This document shows positions 1 through 12,700 of a DNA stretch of 64,000 nucleotides, in pieces. Below the pieces are notes generated by a model. The model searched no databases. It worked only from the letters and a program-made list of their open reading frames with translations, and was not told the origin of the DNA. The stretch comes from Hyphochytrium catenoides (Eukaryota; Protista; Hyphochytriomycota). The stretch covers positions 62,001 to 126,000 of the forward strand of contig FLMG01002522.1 in assembly GCA_900088475.1 (NCBI GenBank), read 5' to 3'. The position numbers and the translations under genes are program-made. Within the stretch, counting starts at the first letter, position 1. Each line of letters opens with the position of its first letter.

Positions 1-3000
1 ACAAGGAGACTCAGGAGTTTATTATCAATTCTCCGACATTGACCAGTGAGACTTATTTCTCCTTGGCTTTCTCATTGCACTCGTCTCTCTATTCTAAGTC
101 AGCTGGATTATGGATATGCTGCGTCTGTCATCCTCCCGCACCTGACACTTTCCGCCTTTTTAGGTACAAAATGGTGGCCAGGAGGACTTGGTCGCACGGC
201 TACTCATACCATTTTACTGGCTAACCTAATCCTAGACGGCAAGGACTATGGCATGCACACCTTTATTGTGCAGATAAGGAGCCTTAAGGATCACACTCCC
301 CTCCCAGGCATCACTCTGGGCGATATTGGGCCCAAAGTCGGATTCCAAGGCATTGATAATGGTATGTCACATGCTGAATCTCTGCCTCTTCTGCGTGCTC
401 CTTTCCTCTATAGCTTGTTCTCCTCGTTCTCTTGTGGCTCGTCTCTACATTGACCTCAGTATGATGAGTGTTACGACGGCCTTCACTTGGTCAGTTTCCC
501 GCGACTTTGTCCACTCTGCCAAATATTTAAAAGTGGAATGCTTCAATGGAGCTGAGCAAGCATGTGAATTGCTGACAACGTCTTTCTCCCTAGGCTATGC
601 TTCTTTCAACCATGTGCGCATCCCCCGTGACCAGATGTTGATGCGTTATGCCCAAGTCACTCCAGAAGGGAAGTACATCCAGCCCCCGGGACATCAGATG
701 CAGTACATCACCATGCTCCACGTCAGGGCTAACATCATACAGATGTGCGGCTTCATTCTGGGCATGGGCACCACGATCTCTACAAGGTGCTGACAGTTGC
801 TCTGCACGTTTTGAAGAGTTTTTAGCCCTTCGTCGAGCTATCAGCATTGCTTCTTTCTGTCCTCTGATCCGTTCTGACCATTAGTTTAATGCCCATACGC
901 TGCTTCGTGTTGGTCCACACGTGTCATAGTCCACCTAGAGCTATTGCCCTTTATACTTTAGCTTGACATCTCATCTAATAGCCCACTCCCGTCCCACCTC
1001 TTTAGGTATAGCGCCGTCAGAAAGCAAGGCAATGGCGCGGACGGGAAGGAGGTTCAGGTAATGATACCGAGCAGGATGTATATCCCACATGAAAGACATC
1101 TGACCCTCTCCTACCTTGTAGGTCTTGGACTATCAGCAGCAGCAAGCAAATCTCTTGCCTCTCATTGCAATATGTAAGCCTTGGTGACCAACCTCCAGCA
1201 CATTGTCACTAACTTACGACTCTGGCATCGATTGCATCATCCTCTTCAGCCTATGCCGGACATTTTGTGGGGCAGCGGATCTTGGAGCAGTACGACGAGA
1301 CTATGGCAGCTATAAATCGGGGGGATCTCTCGCTGTTACCTGAGATGCATGCAACTAGGTAGCATGTCACATCTATCTACCTTTACTCAAATGTTCCCGT
1401 CCTAGTCTATTAGTCATTTTAATATTTGTCCTCCATACACTCTGTTTGCAGATCGCTATCTTTCTCTTAGATGTCCCGCTTCTAATCCGTGACGGCTTGC
1501 GATGCCTACGACCCTTATCTCACTAGTTTCCTTATGGAATCCTTTTAGCTCTATTATGAAGGGTATGTTCAGCCATCTGGCGTCAGATGGAATGGAGCAC
1601 TGTCGCAGACTCTGCGGCGGTCACGGATATTCTTACGCCTCCGGTATCCCTGACAAGTCAGGGAATCTGGTAGCCGCTTGCACCTATGAGGGCACAATTG
1701 ATATCCTGGCCCAACAGACAGCGAGGTAACGATATGCGCAAGAGCACTCTTATACAGGGAACTATACCTAGTTGAACCATCAGACGCGTCTTCGTCGCAT
1801 AGTTGTGCGATTGCTTTCAAACAGCACCACATTGAACCGAGATGCCTCTCTTGCGTCACAGGTATCTCATCAAGTCAGTGAACCTTGTGGCGAAGGGAAA
1901 GAAGCTGACCGGAGCGGCAAAGTATTTAGAGAGAACACCTTCGCTATTGGGGTACAGATCATCAGCGAAGACGGTGGAGGAGCTGAAAACAGTTGATGTC
2001 CTTCTCCCTGTCTTCGCGTCCCGCGCCTGCCGAGAGATTGTCAGAGCTGCTAAGCGCCTTGAGGGCTTGAAGGCCACACGAGGTAGTAGGGTTCGCCGTT
2101 TTCTTGGGTTTGGAGAGCTATTTCTTGAAGAAGTGACTAATTTCTTTTGATCTTTATTTGTAGGCCCTCAGGCTTGGTTTGACTGCATGGTAGACCTGAT
2201 TCAGGCGTCAATGGCCCACTCCCAGCATGCAGCTGTAGAAATGTTTCAGCAGAGCATCCAAAGTATCAAGGACGAGAAAGTGAAAGCAGTCCTGGGAAGG
2301 CTCTGCTCCCTTTTCGCTGTGGAGCTTGTATTAAGAGTGAGTAACCATCCATTCGGATGTAAAAAGACACAGGGAAATGAAGAGACACGGATGCGGAGAT
2401 CGTTTATTGGTTCGCTTTGCCTCTCCCTGCCGTCTTAGGATAACTCATTGGTCCGTGCCGGCCTCACAATTGCATTCCTCTTCGCGGTAGGATATGGGTC
2501 AGTTCCGTGATGGTGACCTTTTAAGTTCTGAACAAGCGCTTCTACTGAGGGAGGCGAAGCTTTGCCTTCTTGCCGAAATCAGACCTGACGCGATTCCCCT
2601 TGTGGATGCCTGGGGCGTGCCAGATAAGGTAACTAGTGGAGGATATTGTCATATGTCTTCTCTTCTCATTCTTCGGCTCTTGCATACATCTGGACCTTAG
2701 CCTTTTAGAAGCAGGATGCCTTGCAACTTTCTAGTTGCTTCATAAATGTCGTTTCATGTCTGGATGGGCATGTTTTCGCTTGTGGCGATAAGCAGCTTAG
2801 TCCTTGAGCACTTGCCTTTTCGTCTTTGATCGTGCTGCGCAGCTCGCTTATCCTGTCTTTTTCGTTAGGAGGTGCTTATTTCATTCTTTTTTCTTTTGTG
2901 TCTATCCAGGCGCTTTCGTCCGCCCTGGGCGTGTCAGATGGCCGCGTGTACGAAGCTCTAGCAAAGTTTGTTCAGAGAGAGCCACTGAATGGCTCTCTTT

Positions 3001-3062
3001 TGCCTGATGGTTACGAAAGGTTCATCAGGCCACTTGTATTCAACCCTCAGGCGCGGCTTTAG
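1..3062 (+). CDS. ACOX: Peroxisomal acyl-CoA oxidase, multi-exon, 5' end outside the window
   Basis: Spliced translation gives [100 protein letters not shown] and [12 protein letters not shown]. The C-terminus is ARL* (PTS1). Introns are GT-AG. Confidence 0.96.
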
Positions 3063-3089
3063 GCTCTTACATCTCGCAGTCTCCTTTTT

Positions 3090-5856
3090 CTACCAGTGCT
3101 CTTTGACCCACTCAGCACTGCAGTTGTGAGGCTTCGGCTCCAATGGGAAGAAGACAACTCTAGCGTTCGAGGGAAGAGAAGTCTGACAACTACTTCGGAA
3201 CTCGTACAGCTGAGACGGATATAGCTCCTGCGATGAGTAGTGCCAAGGACCATCGAAAGTTAGTTAGACAGTGCACTGTTAGAACTAGTTTTACCCTTAT
3301 TAATGGAGGAACAAGGCTATCTCCGTACCTGTAAAATGTCTGCATTCTGGATCATCATCTAACGGAGACATGTTGATCAAGGGAACAGAGGGACAAATTT
3401 GAGGTTACTCCCAGAAGAAAAGGTGCTCTCAGAAGAGGGTAAGTCGAGGTTGTAGCAACGCAAGGATCGGAAGACGGCAACGTCCGTAGAAGGAGGCAGG
3501 GAGGTGACCATAGTATGACATCTTTCCGGGCCCGCTAGCTCTACCAAGAAGATGCATGAGTGAGACTTCTTGCACTGTACCTCTATCCAATGGTCGAACT
3601 TGTAAAAGCATGTGCTAAGCTTGTCATAGTGTGCCGCCAGCTGTCCATGGAGTTCCCTGACTACCTCGCAGTCAAAGAGCATTATGGAGGAATTGTATCC
3701 ACCTACTCTTTTCTCACTTTCCATCCCATCCGTTGTTAAGACGGCAAAGGGTCCCGTATACGTTATCAGGTCATCAATACTCCCGGTTATGACTAGGTCT
3801 AAGTCAAAGTAGATGCACCGCGAAGAGAGTGTGTTCTCTACCTCCTTAGCAAAGAGAAAGCTCTTGTTCCACCACCCTCTCCATCCTGACGGGAGAAACA
3901 CTGCCTCTATATCTGGGAAGCAGGAGTGACCAGGAACAAGCAGAGCCATTGAATGGCGGGGAGCAGCAGACAGAGAGGTCAGATTTATAAGAAGTCTCAC
4001 AAGGCTAGTTGGGGAGGACCTAACGACGGTAAGGAGCTCTTGAGTAGCCAAAGAGGACCGTGAGGAGCGGCTCGAATACAGTCACGAGTACTATGCTCAT
4101 GCCAAAGAGATTCGACATAGAGAAGGCCAACATCAGTACCCAACAACATAGTTAACGGCCTGGAAGAAAAGGGAGAAATGAAAGCAGAGTTTGTTGTAGG
4201 CACAGGCGTGATGTGACCCTTTTGGCCCTCAGACAGACAGCGACCAGGCCCAAGCAAAAGGTTAAAGGCAGTGATCAACGTCTCGATAGGCATTACCACT
4301 TCAAGAAGATACTGACCCGTCTCGAGCCCCTCCTTGTTGTCCGTGAAGCAAACGAAGCGGTGAGGAGTCCGGAGATGGCGCTTCACCCCTGCTCTCAGCT
4401 TGTTCACATATCCCGAGTCGTACTTTGTTCCCCATTTTACGCAAACAACGTTTATCCCGTCTCCCGTCACTTCACTTCTTTTTGACCTTAGGGAATGCTT
4501 CTGCGCGTCAATCCCCTGCCGCAGCGCTCTCTCGCGGAAGTGGATGCAGTCGATACGATAATTCGCGAGTGAATCCACTGCTTCATCCCTGAGCATGGTG
4601 CTCCAGTACCAGTCTATAACCTGATGCATCTAGAAGCATTAGCTGGATAAAGACAAGATAGAACCAAGACTTCCAGGCTTTTATGGACGTCAAAGGGAGA
4701 CAGAAGCAATGCTACGGAACGTCTAAGAAGATACGCATGAGCATAGAGAAAGTAAAAACATACGCATGAGCATAGAGAAAGTAAAAACATTGGTACGGAG
4801 ATAATGAGAACTAAAAGTCGATGCGTTGAGTGGAGTCTGAGTCAGTAGTGATCGAACGGTTCAGACCCACCTCCTTCTGCTTTCCTAACCTCCTCATCGC
4901 CGTGTTATAGTTATAATGTGCTTCAGAAAGAGACAAATCACTTGCCAGCACATATTGACATAAGGCAGTAGCTTCTTCAAGGGCAGCTTGGTCATCGGTC
5001 TGCAAAAGAAGCGCTAAAAGAGAGCGGAGAGGCTTTGTCATAAAAAACAGTGGCACAAGCAAGCAGTGGTAATGCCAGGAAACTTCTTGACGGATACAGC
5101 TATGACAGAGACGCAAAATAGCAGATAATGAGGTGCACTGGCAACGGAATCAGCACCCAGATTGAGCGTACAATGCGTACAATGCACTAGCGATAAACAG
5201 CTCTCTCCTTTAGAGTTCTCGTGTCTCCATCTCTCCCAGCATCTACGACAATAGCTAACCTGCTAGGTTTGTTTTTGCCTCCAAAAAGTCTTCTCTTTGC
5301 TTTATTGCCTCTCTGAAGTGGTCCATGGCGCTTGATAAGTCTCCCACCTCTGCTGAAGCGTTGCCTAGGTTGAAGTAGGCGTTCGTGTACGAAGGATCAA
5401 CCTCAATTGCCTAAGAAAAATAGCCGCGGGAGTTGTAAGAACGCCACGGCAGAGAACGGTATGGTTGCCTTGTGACATTGGCCACTGGGGCCGAGGACGA
5501 GATAAACAGAGGAGAGAGGCTCCACATTAGAGCAGGAAAGGGGAAGGGCGAGAGTGGAAGAGATGGACCAGATAGATAGGGAGGACCGGTGAGAATGATG
5601 TTGACAGGAAGCTAACTATGGACTGGAAAAAGATGTACCCTACCTTTCGATATTGGTTAACTGCTCGATGCCACATCCTCTTCTTGGCAAACATGTTCCC
5701 GAGCTTGTTATGTGCTCTACTTCTGGGGTCAACATACCCTTCTGCCCTTTCGGGACTCCCTTCTGATGAGTTATCCGAGTCATTGTTGCCCGCACTCTGC
5801 GCCTCGTCACTGCAAGAGTTCTGCGTTACTTCGGAGTCCTCTGTTCTCCTGGTCAT
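3090..5856 (-). CDS. N-terminal TPR repeats plus a GT-A fold glycosyltransferase of a bacterial/phage-like family
   Basis: TPR-like exons: AHNKLGNMFAKKRMWHRAVNQYRK/AIEVDPSYTNAYFNLGNASAEVGDLSSAMDHFREAI and EAHYNYNTAMRRLGK. GT exons: NVVCVKWGTKYDSGYVNKLRAGVKRHL..FVCFTD, GWWNKSFLF, YFDLDLVITGSID (DxD), YNSSIM and VFFPLEPKPH..WVKEHW* (stop at 3090-3092). Start ATG 5856 is an estimate. Confidence 0.8.
4731..4790. repeat. Intronic perfect tandem duplication of a 29-bp unit
   Basis: ATACGCATGAGCATAGAGAAAGTAAAAAC occurs twice in direct succession. Confidence 0.9.
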
Positions 5857-6420
5857 ATTGTAGCTATCCACAGAACAAGCTACGGTCTGGTTTAGGAAGC
5901 GGGACAGACAGGTTGAAGTCAATAGCTCTCCGTCCTCGTCCACCTTTATATCTCTAACTCCATAACGTCTAAGCCCGATAATGCCTCTTGCCTACTTTCT
6001 TGCTTCGGGTGCGTAGTCACGTCGGCTTTTCTCGCGGATGCTTTATGGAACTCAGCGGAGGGCTGTCCATCAAGCTTGGGGTTGGCAGACCAACTATTCC
6101 CTGCCTCTTCCACCTCCAAATTTTCTTTTCGCTCAGTTCTTCAAGTTCTTCACGTTAACCCTCCAGAGCTGCTCTCATCTGCTGAAGGTGAAGATGGCGG
6201 TCTAATCGTCACTGACTCCTTCCTCTACGTCGCCTTACCCTCCGACCGATCAGGCCAAGCATCTGAAGCTCTTGCATCTCCGGAGTCTCCGCGATCATCA
6301 CTCCCGCCATGCGTGGAATGAGACCGGAATCTCTGTCCTGCTCTGTGCATGCCTTGTGCCCTTTGGCTCTACGCCAACGACGACATCGCGTTCATGGATT
6401 ACAGACAGATTATCGGACAA

Positions 6421-6461
6421 CAACGGGTAGTCCAGGAGGAGCTCTGGGATGATTTGGCGCG
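6421..6461 (+). promoter_or_regulatory. Candidate cell-cycle promoter elements: MSA/Myb-like CAACGG and E2F-like TTTGGCGCG
   Basis: CAACGG at 6421 and TTTGGCGCG at 6453, about 300 bp upstream of the KNL2-like start. Motif match only. Confidence 0.3.
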
Positions 6462-6765
6462 AAGACCTATCAAGCCGCAGCGTCGATCCGAAGCAGCTGC
6501 GAGGTTATTATTGTTGTTATAATGAAGACTGAAGATGGAACTCCAGCGGAGGGAAGTTCGTCAAGGCGATGAGGGCGGACGGATGGTCTCTTCTCTGCTC
6601 ATTGTGGCTGAATTCCTCCACATGTCTATCAGTCTTCTCCTGCCGTAGAGTGAAATAGCACCAGCAAGGCGAAAGGCATGCCTCTGGAGACAGGGTTGGA
6701 TGGATCAGAGCCATTATTGAGTCTCCTTCTGGTGTCTGGGCAAGGTTCTTAAACCGAAAAAAGTT

Positions 6766-9700
6766 ATGACAGATCCACTCAGGAGCGGAGCGCTCTTCGG
6801 TCTGAAGAACCTGGATGTTCTCCGCTCTCCGGTTCCTCGTCTGGGTGGAGGAGGTGTATCAGCCGGAGTGGAAGGATCAGCTCAACAGGATGGAAAGAAA
6901 GGAATTCCAGCGTATCAACCGCAAAGCAGCCACCGGACAAACCAAGGTTAGCTACCTTTGTAGCTTCCACCTTGCTCGGTTTCTTCTAGTTTCGTTGTCC
7001 TTCTCTATCTGCAACGTTCTCAGATAACTCTCTCCTAAAGCATCTCTGTTGCTGCCTTCCTCTCTCGAAAATTGTCATATGAGTCTTCCTCAGTCATTCG
7101 TGCACTACTTACTTCTTCACACTGCTGATAGCAGCCCGATCTGTAGTAGGGGCAGCGGCGAGTACAGAAGCATGTGGCAGGAAGGCTACACCAATTATCA
7201 AACCGAAACCCTTCCGACCTCTTGCCCTTGGGTCCCTATCGTCATCCCCTTTCACCCTGAAGAGCCAACAGCAGATTCGAGAGAAATTCGAGCAGGTCTG
7301 TCTCTCCTCTCCTATCCCGAGAGTCATACAGCATGCTGCAGTCAAGCCTTGGAGCGCTCCACAGACAGCAGAATCCAAGAAAGATGAGAAGCAAAGAGGT
7401 ATAGGCATCAATATCTTTCTCAGTCTGCTGAATCTGAAGCCTTCGTTGCTTGTGTTGTCCCTCTACGTCGTCCTGAATGCTGCTTACCTGACGGGCCGCC
7501 ACTATTAACGTCGTCCATGCTCCGTCTCCTCTAACGTTTTTTTGGTGCTCTTCAGAAACCAATAGTGAAGGGTTACCGTCGATGGCTAGGACTGCGAAAA
7601 GTGGAAGAGAGTCTCTTGATGATGGTGCTAAGGAGACGGATAGCAAGGGGAAAAGAGTCAATGAAGGTGCCAATGAGAATTTGATTAGATCTCAAACCCA
7701 GTCAAAGGCCGAACGACTGGATACTTGTAAGCAACCGCTGGAAGATCGGGCGACGAACAAACGTCAGCATGCAGAAAGTAAAGCGCAAGGCTCATCATGC
7801 TCTGAGAGAAGCTCAGTCGAGAAGGTTGGGGACGATATGGCGTCCAGGCCAAGTAGCTTGCCTCAAGAGATAGACTTGCGAAGTATAGCTCTAGAGGGAC
7901 CAAAGAAAGCAGATCAGAGCGATGAGCAAAAAGTTAAGGAGGCAGACTCAAAACCAGCCATTCAATGCCTACCGAGTGACATCATTCTGACTTCTCAGTA
8001 CCCTAAGGAGGATAGCCAGGTGATGCCGCGTCAACGAGAGAAGATACAAGATCGAGGGGCGTCCAATTCTAGCGAGAAAGAAGTGGTTATAGAGCAGAAA
8101 ACGAGATCGCCCGTAAGGAACAAAGACGAAAAAAATTTGCCCCCTGAGGCATCTGAGAGAAACGGGGATGGAAGGAAGCCATCGTCGTCGCCAAGAAACT
8201 CGAAAGCGGAAAGAATCCAGAGCCCAATCAAGCCTTACAGTGCTGGGAAAGTGGCCAACTCTTCCCCAAACTCAACAGGGAAAGCAAACGGAGTTGCGAA
8301 AGCTCAGTCTAGCGATGCTCAAGAAGAGAAGGGAAAGACAATTACTCAGTCGCAAAAGGCGTCGGTTGAGGGTCATGCGCTCCCAATCCTTAACCTGGGC
8401 TCTCCGGAAGTCTGTTCCAAACCTCAGGCCCTACAAGAAGAAACTCTTTTGGCGTCTCAGGCTGTCGCCAAAGCTTCGAATACCTTAACGCATGATACCG
8501 GTTCTCTTCCTAGCGATTGCCAATCGAACGGGAAGTCCGCAGGGAAAGCAGATGCGAGTCCTGTGGCGTCGACCCAAGTTAAAGAATTATCCTCCTCTAT
8601 CAAGAGTAAGGACAAGTCCGTTGAAGGATATCTACCCGTAGAGGGTCGCCTAGATATGGAGGAGATGGAAGGAGAACCTCTGGCTTCTCCAACGACGGAC
8701 AAGATTAATCGTTCTCAAGTTAAGAGCTCTAGAAGGGCAGTGCGGACACCGCACCTTCCTCCCCGGCCTCGACCCAGGACGGGTACACGAGAACCTAGCG
8801 CAGGTAAGAAAGGCTCCGCGGCTTTCCCAGGAAGGCACGGACGTAAGACACTTATAAGAGATAGACCAACCTCCTGAAGCCTATAACGACTCAGAATGTC
8901 AGACATAAACAGTTAAGGAATGAAAAGAGAGTCAGAGGGTCAAGGGCCAGCGTAGTGACTGTCCCTAGAGTAATGAACAGGACTCATCACCACGTCCTTG
9001 AGAAGTGAGACTCCTTAAGCGGTCCACAGTCTAAGCCCTCTCCTCTGCCTTCAGCTCCACGACAGGACCAGGAAGCACTAGAAAAGACACCTGCTGACAG
9101 CGCAGTGGACGTTATCGATGAGACAAATAACGGGACGGGACGAGATGAAGAGAGACCGAAGAAGGATGATGGTGGAGACATTAGGGCCACAAGTGAGATG
9201 AAGGCCCAAGACCCCATCCACTCAACGCCTTCTCTCAACAGGCGGGCAGTCACGAGGGCCGCGAAGAAGCAACAAGGTGCAGGACACTCGTCGGCTGCTT
9301 CTCAAGCACCTCCTACCCCAGTACTCCGAGTCAGCGGAGCAGCAAGCATGCGGAAGAGAACTTTAGACAAAGCGGAGGGAGTAGAAGCCGCGATGCAGGA
9401 TAATGAAAATTTAAAAGGTGAAGAAACTGAGAAAAATGGGGACACACATGATGGACCGAAGCCGCCTGACGCAAAGAGGAGCAAAAAGAGAAAATCTCGA
9501 GCGGATAAAAGGACGCATAAAAGTATCAAGGCGGCAGTTGAGGCCGGAGAGAGCTTGAGGACGGCTGAGGAAGCTGAAAAGGAGGAACAGTCGCCCCGAG
9601 AGGAAGATCCAAGAGAGAATGGGAGTATCGAACCGGCTTTGACACGCGCTAGAAGAGCTTCTGGGGCAATAGCAGAAGACCAAGCCGCTCAGAAAACAGA

Positions 9701-12700
9701 GGACATCTCAGAGGCAAAGGACTTCCCGCTCGATTCGCCTACTGGTCTTCCAACTCAACCTCAAATTAGCAGCCCTAGGAGAATTGCAACAAGGTCAGCG
9801 GTAGCGGATAGCCAAAAGGCCAGCAAGCTTCTCGAGAAGTCGAGGAACAAGCAAATAGAGCCAAGAAGAACTCCGCGACTTGAAAAGAGACAGACTCCTC
9901 CCTTATTAGAGAAAGATCTGAAGGTATCACTGCTACGCTATGTCTAACACTCTAGCCCGCTAGTTTAATCACTCTAGTCTGCCTTTTCTAACACTCTAGT
10001 CTGCCTTTTCTAACACTCTAGTCTGCCTTTTCTAACACTCTAGCCATAATCGGCAACTCATCAAAGCCGATATTCGTCTGTCCTTCCTATTCCCTCACTG
10101 GAAGATGGGTCTATCTCATACCTCGCTGTTGCGCCTGATGACTGCAAGGCTCGCAGAGCTTTACCTGTCCTGTTGCATATCAACGTGAACTTATGCTTGC
10201 TTCACTCGTAGTTGACGTCCGATACTGCCTCCGCTCAGAACACTGTCAGTGCCGAAGAGCCTAAGTCTGGTGCGAAAACAAGTACCAATAAGGAAAAGCA
10301 GGCGAAGCAGCAGGTGGCCGCTCTTGTCACCCCCCCTCCCGCTGCTAAGCCCTTGGTAAGTCCAGACTCTACCAGCAAAGTTATTCGTCATTGATGTTCT
10401 CATTGCCTCTTTCTCTTCCCGCTTGTGAAAAGGCTCCAGTAGTACCACTGAGTGCAAGTGAAGTGCTGATTCCGATGGAGAGTCTCTCAGCTGGATATAT
10501 CAATGTAAGGACTCGGTCATTACCCACTCCTTTTGTGACTTTGACCCCATGTCTGGCACCCTTTCGCTACTCCGCTTACTGTCTGTTGCTTTGCTTCCCT
10601 TATTCTCAAGCTTTCAATGCTTCTCCCTTTGTGATAACCCTTGCTCTTTCCGATTTTTCAGCTCTCAAACACCTCTACCCTGCCTTTATTTTACCAGGGA
10701 ACATCCAGTAGGGGCCGACCCAGGTTCAAACCTGTCAGCTTTTGGACTAATGAGAGGATTGACTACCGCGGTGACCAACCAAAGCTGCTAACAGTGATTC
10801 CCCCGTATGTAATCTTCTCTTCCTTCTTTATGACATGGCTGGTCTAAGTTGCAGCTGGAAGATTCACTTTTCTTCTCTTTATAAAATCCGTCATCCTCTT
10901 CTCTTGCTGGGGTTGCTTTTGCCTAGTCTGATGTCTGCCTTACAGATCCCGTCCGTCCCACCACCGCTATTCTCTACCTGTGTATTAATTCAGTTTGACT
11001 CTTCGGTGTATCTATTCAGGGAGCCAGAAAGTGCTCGCAAAGCCTCAAGCTCCGTTTCAGCTATAGAAGAAAGAGGCAAGGATGGCTCTAAAGAAGCACC
11101 TAAAAGTGGAAAGAAGAGACTGCCGAGCGAGGTGGACAGCTTGGATCAAGCATCGACAGAGAAAAAAAGGAAAATTGCCGGAAAGAAGCTTGCGGAAAAG
11201 CAAGTCAAGGCTGCAAAGAAGACAAAGCCTAAATCCAGCGGACACCATCCCATTGCAAAGCCAACAATCGAGGGAAAAGCTGCAAAAGCAACTGAGAGCA
11301 AAGGAACCACTAGGAAAGGGAGGGAGGAGGGAAAGGTAAAAGTTACTACCAAGAAGAACCAACTGAAAGGAGGAGTCGGCACAATGGCGTCCGGAGAGCC
11401 AGAGAAGGGCAAGAAGAGGAGAGAAACGAAAGCAAAGGACACAGAGATTGGCGCGCCGAAGGCCGGGACTAAGAAAAAGNNNNNNNNNNNNNNNNNNNNN
11501 NNNNNNNNNNNNNNNNNNNNNNATGGCGTCCTTTAGCCACAAGCCATGCCTTCCTTAAGGTCAGATCACGATAGCCACCTTTCCTCATAATCTTCAAGCC
11601 TACCAAGCTGTCTTTTGAAACTGTCTTTTGCTGAAGCAAGTTAAATTTTATCCTTATTTTCCATCCGAATGGGCCTGTTCCGTCTCTGATCTTCATCATT
11701 AGCAGGACACAAGGCCAAATATCCCCCAAGAAAAAAGCACTTGGACTGGTCTACAGCTGAGGTCGCTAAGAAGGTGACAACAGAAGCGAGACCCAATAGC
11801 ATCGCGACTGGTCGATGCTATACGCTGATCTTGCTTCTGTCTGACCCCCTTTTCTGCTATCCTTCATCATCTTCATCATTGTCTTCCTCTAGTGCGTATG
11901 CCATGGTGGACCCTACTCAGCAAAACTTCTGGAACTTGGTGAGCATTGCCTACTTTTACCTATGCTCGTGTCTAAAATGACTTAAACAGTGCATGGCACT
12001 TAGATTGCCCGATCTTCTTTCATTGAGTTATCCATACGTTTCTCCTCGACTCCTTTTCTACTTCTGTTGTCTTGTCCATGCCTGCATCTTGTAGCAAAAC
12101 GAGACCTGACCTCGAGATGAACCTTCCTTTGCGGTCCTTCTAGGTGGCGGAGCTCGTCCCCGGCAAAACCGGTATAGAATGCCATCAGAAGTGGTTTGAG
12201 AGGTTCCAGTCACCAAAAGAAAAGAAAAGAAAGAGAGGAGCCGACACTCCTGCTCAGTGGGAGGAGGATCCAACAACCACCAAGACTCCAAAGCTTGCCA
12301 TGGCCAAAAAAGGCACTTTAAAAAATAAGAGACAACTCAGGAACTATGTTGAGGAGGTAAGAGACGCTCCCGTGCAGGCGGATGGAAGTGGGAACCAATG
12401 TTTGCTGCGCGCCTTTCTGCATTCTCCCCGCAGTGCCTCTTTGGGCAAAGCCTGCTTGTTTGAGAACTCTGATACGGTCATCAATTCTGCCTGGGCGTTT
12501 CGAACTAACCTTCTTCGTAACGAGGATGACAAGCCTAAGCAAATTACCGACAAGCTCCCGCTCTTACCTCTCTAGGCATCTAAAGGCGTCGACGACGATA
12601 TCTTCGACTCAACTCCATTTAGAAGTCGAGGGTCCACTATTGACTACAAAGGCGTGGATGACATAAAGTCTCCTGAATACGTCGCGCCATCACCGCTCGT

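Noticed and set aside
6394-6650. MDYRQIIGQQ.. as first KNL2 exon through a 24-nt intron (similar 21-24 nt tiny-intron options near 45130-45150 and 62627-62647)
   Set aside because: Introns supported by conserved proteins here are about 50 nt or longer, and no homology supports these joins.
9970-10043. Direct repeats as a CRISPR-like array
   Set aside because: No spacers, intronic, eukaryotic context and no cas genes; it is a simple minisatellite.
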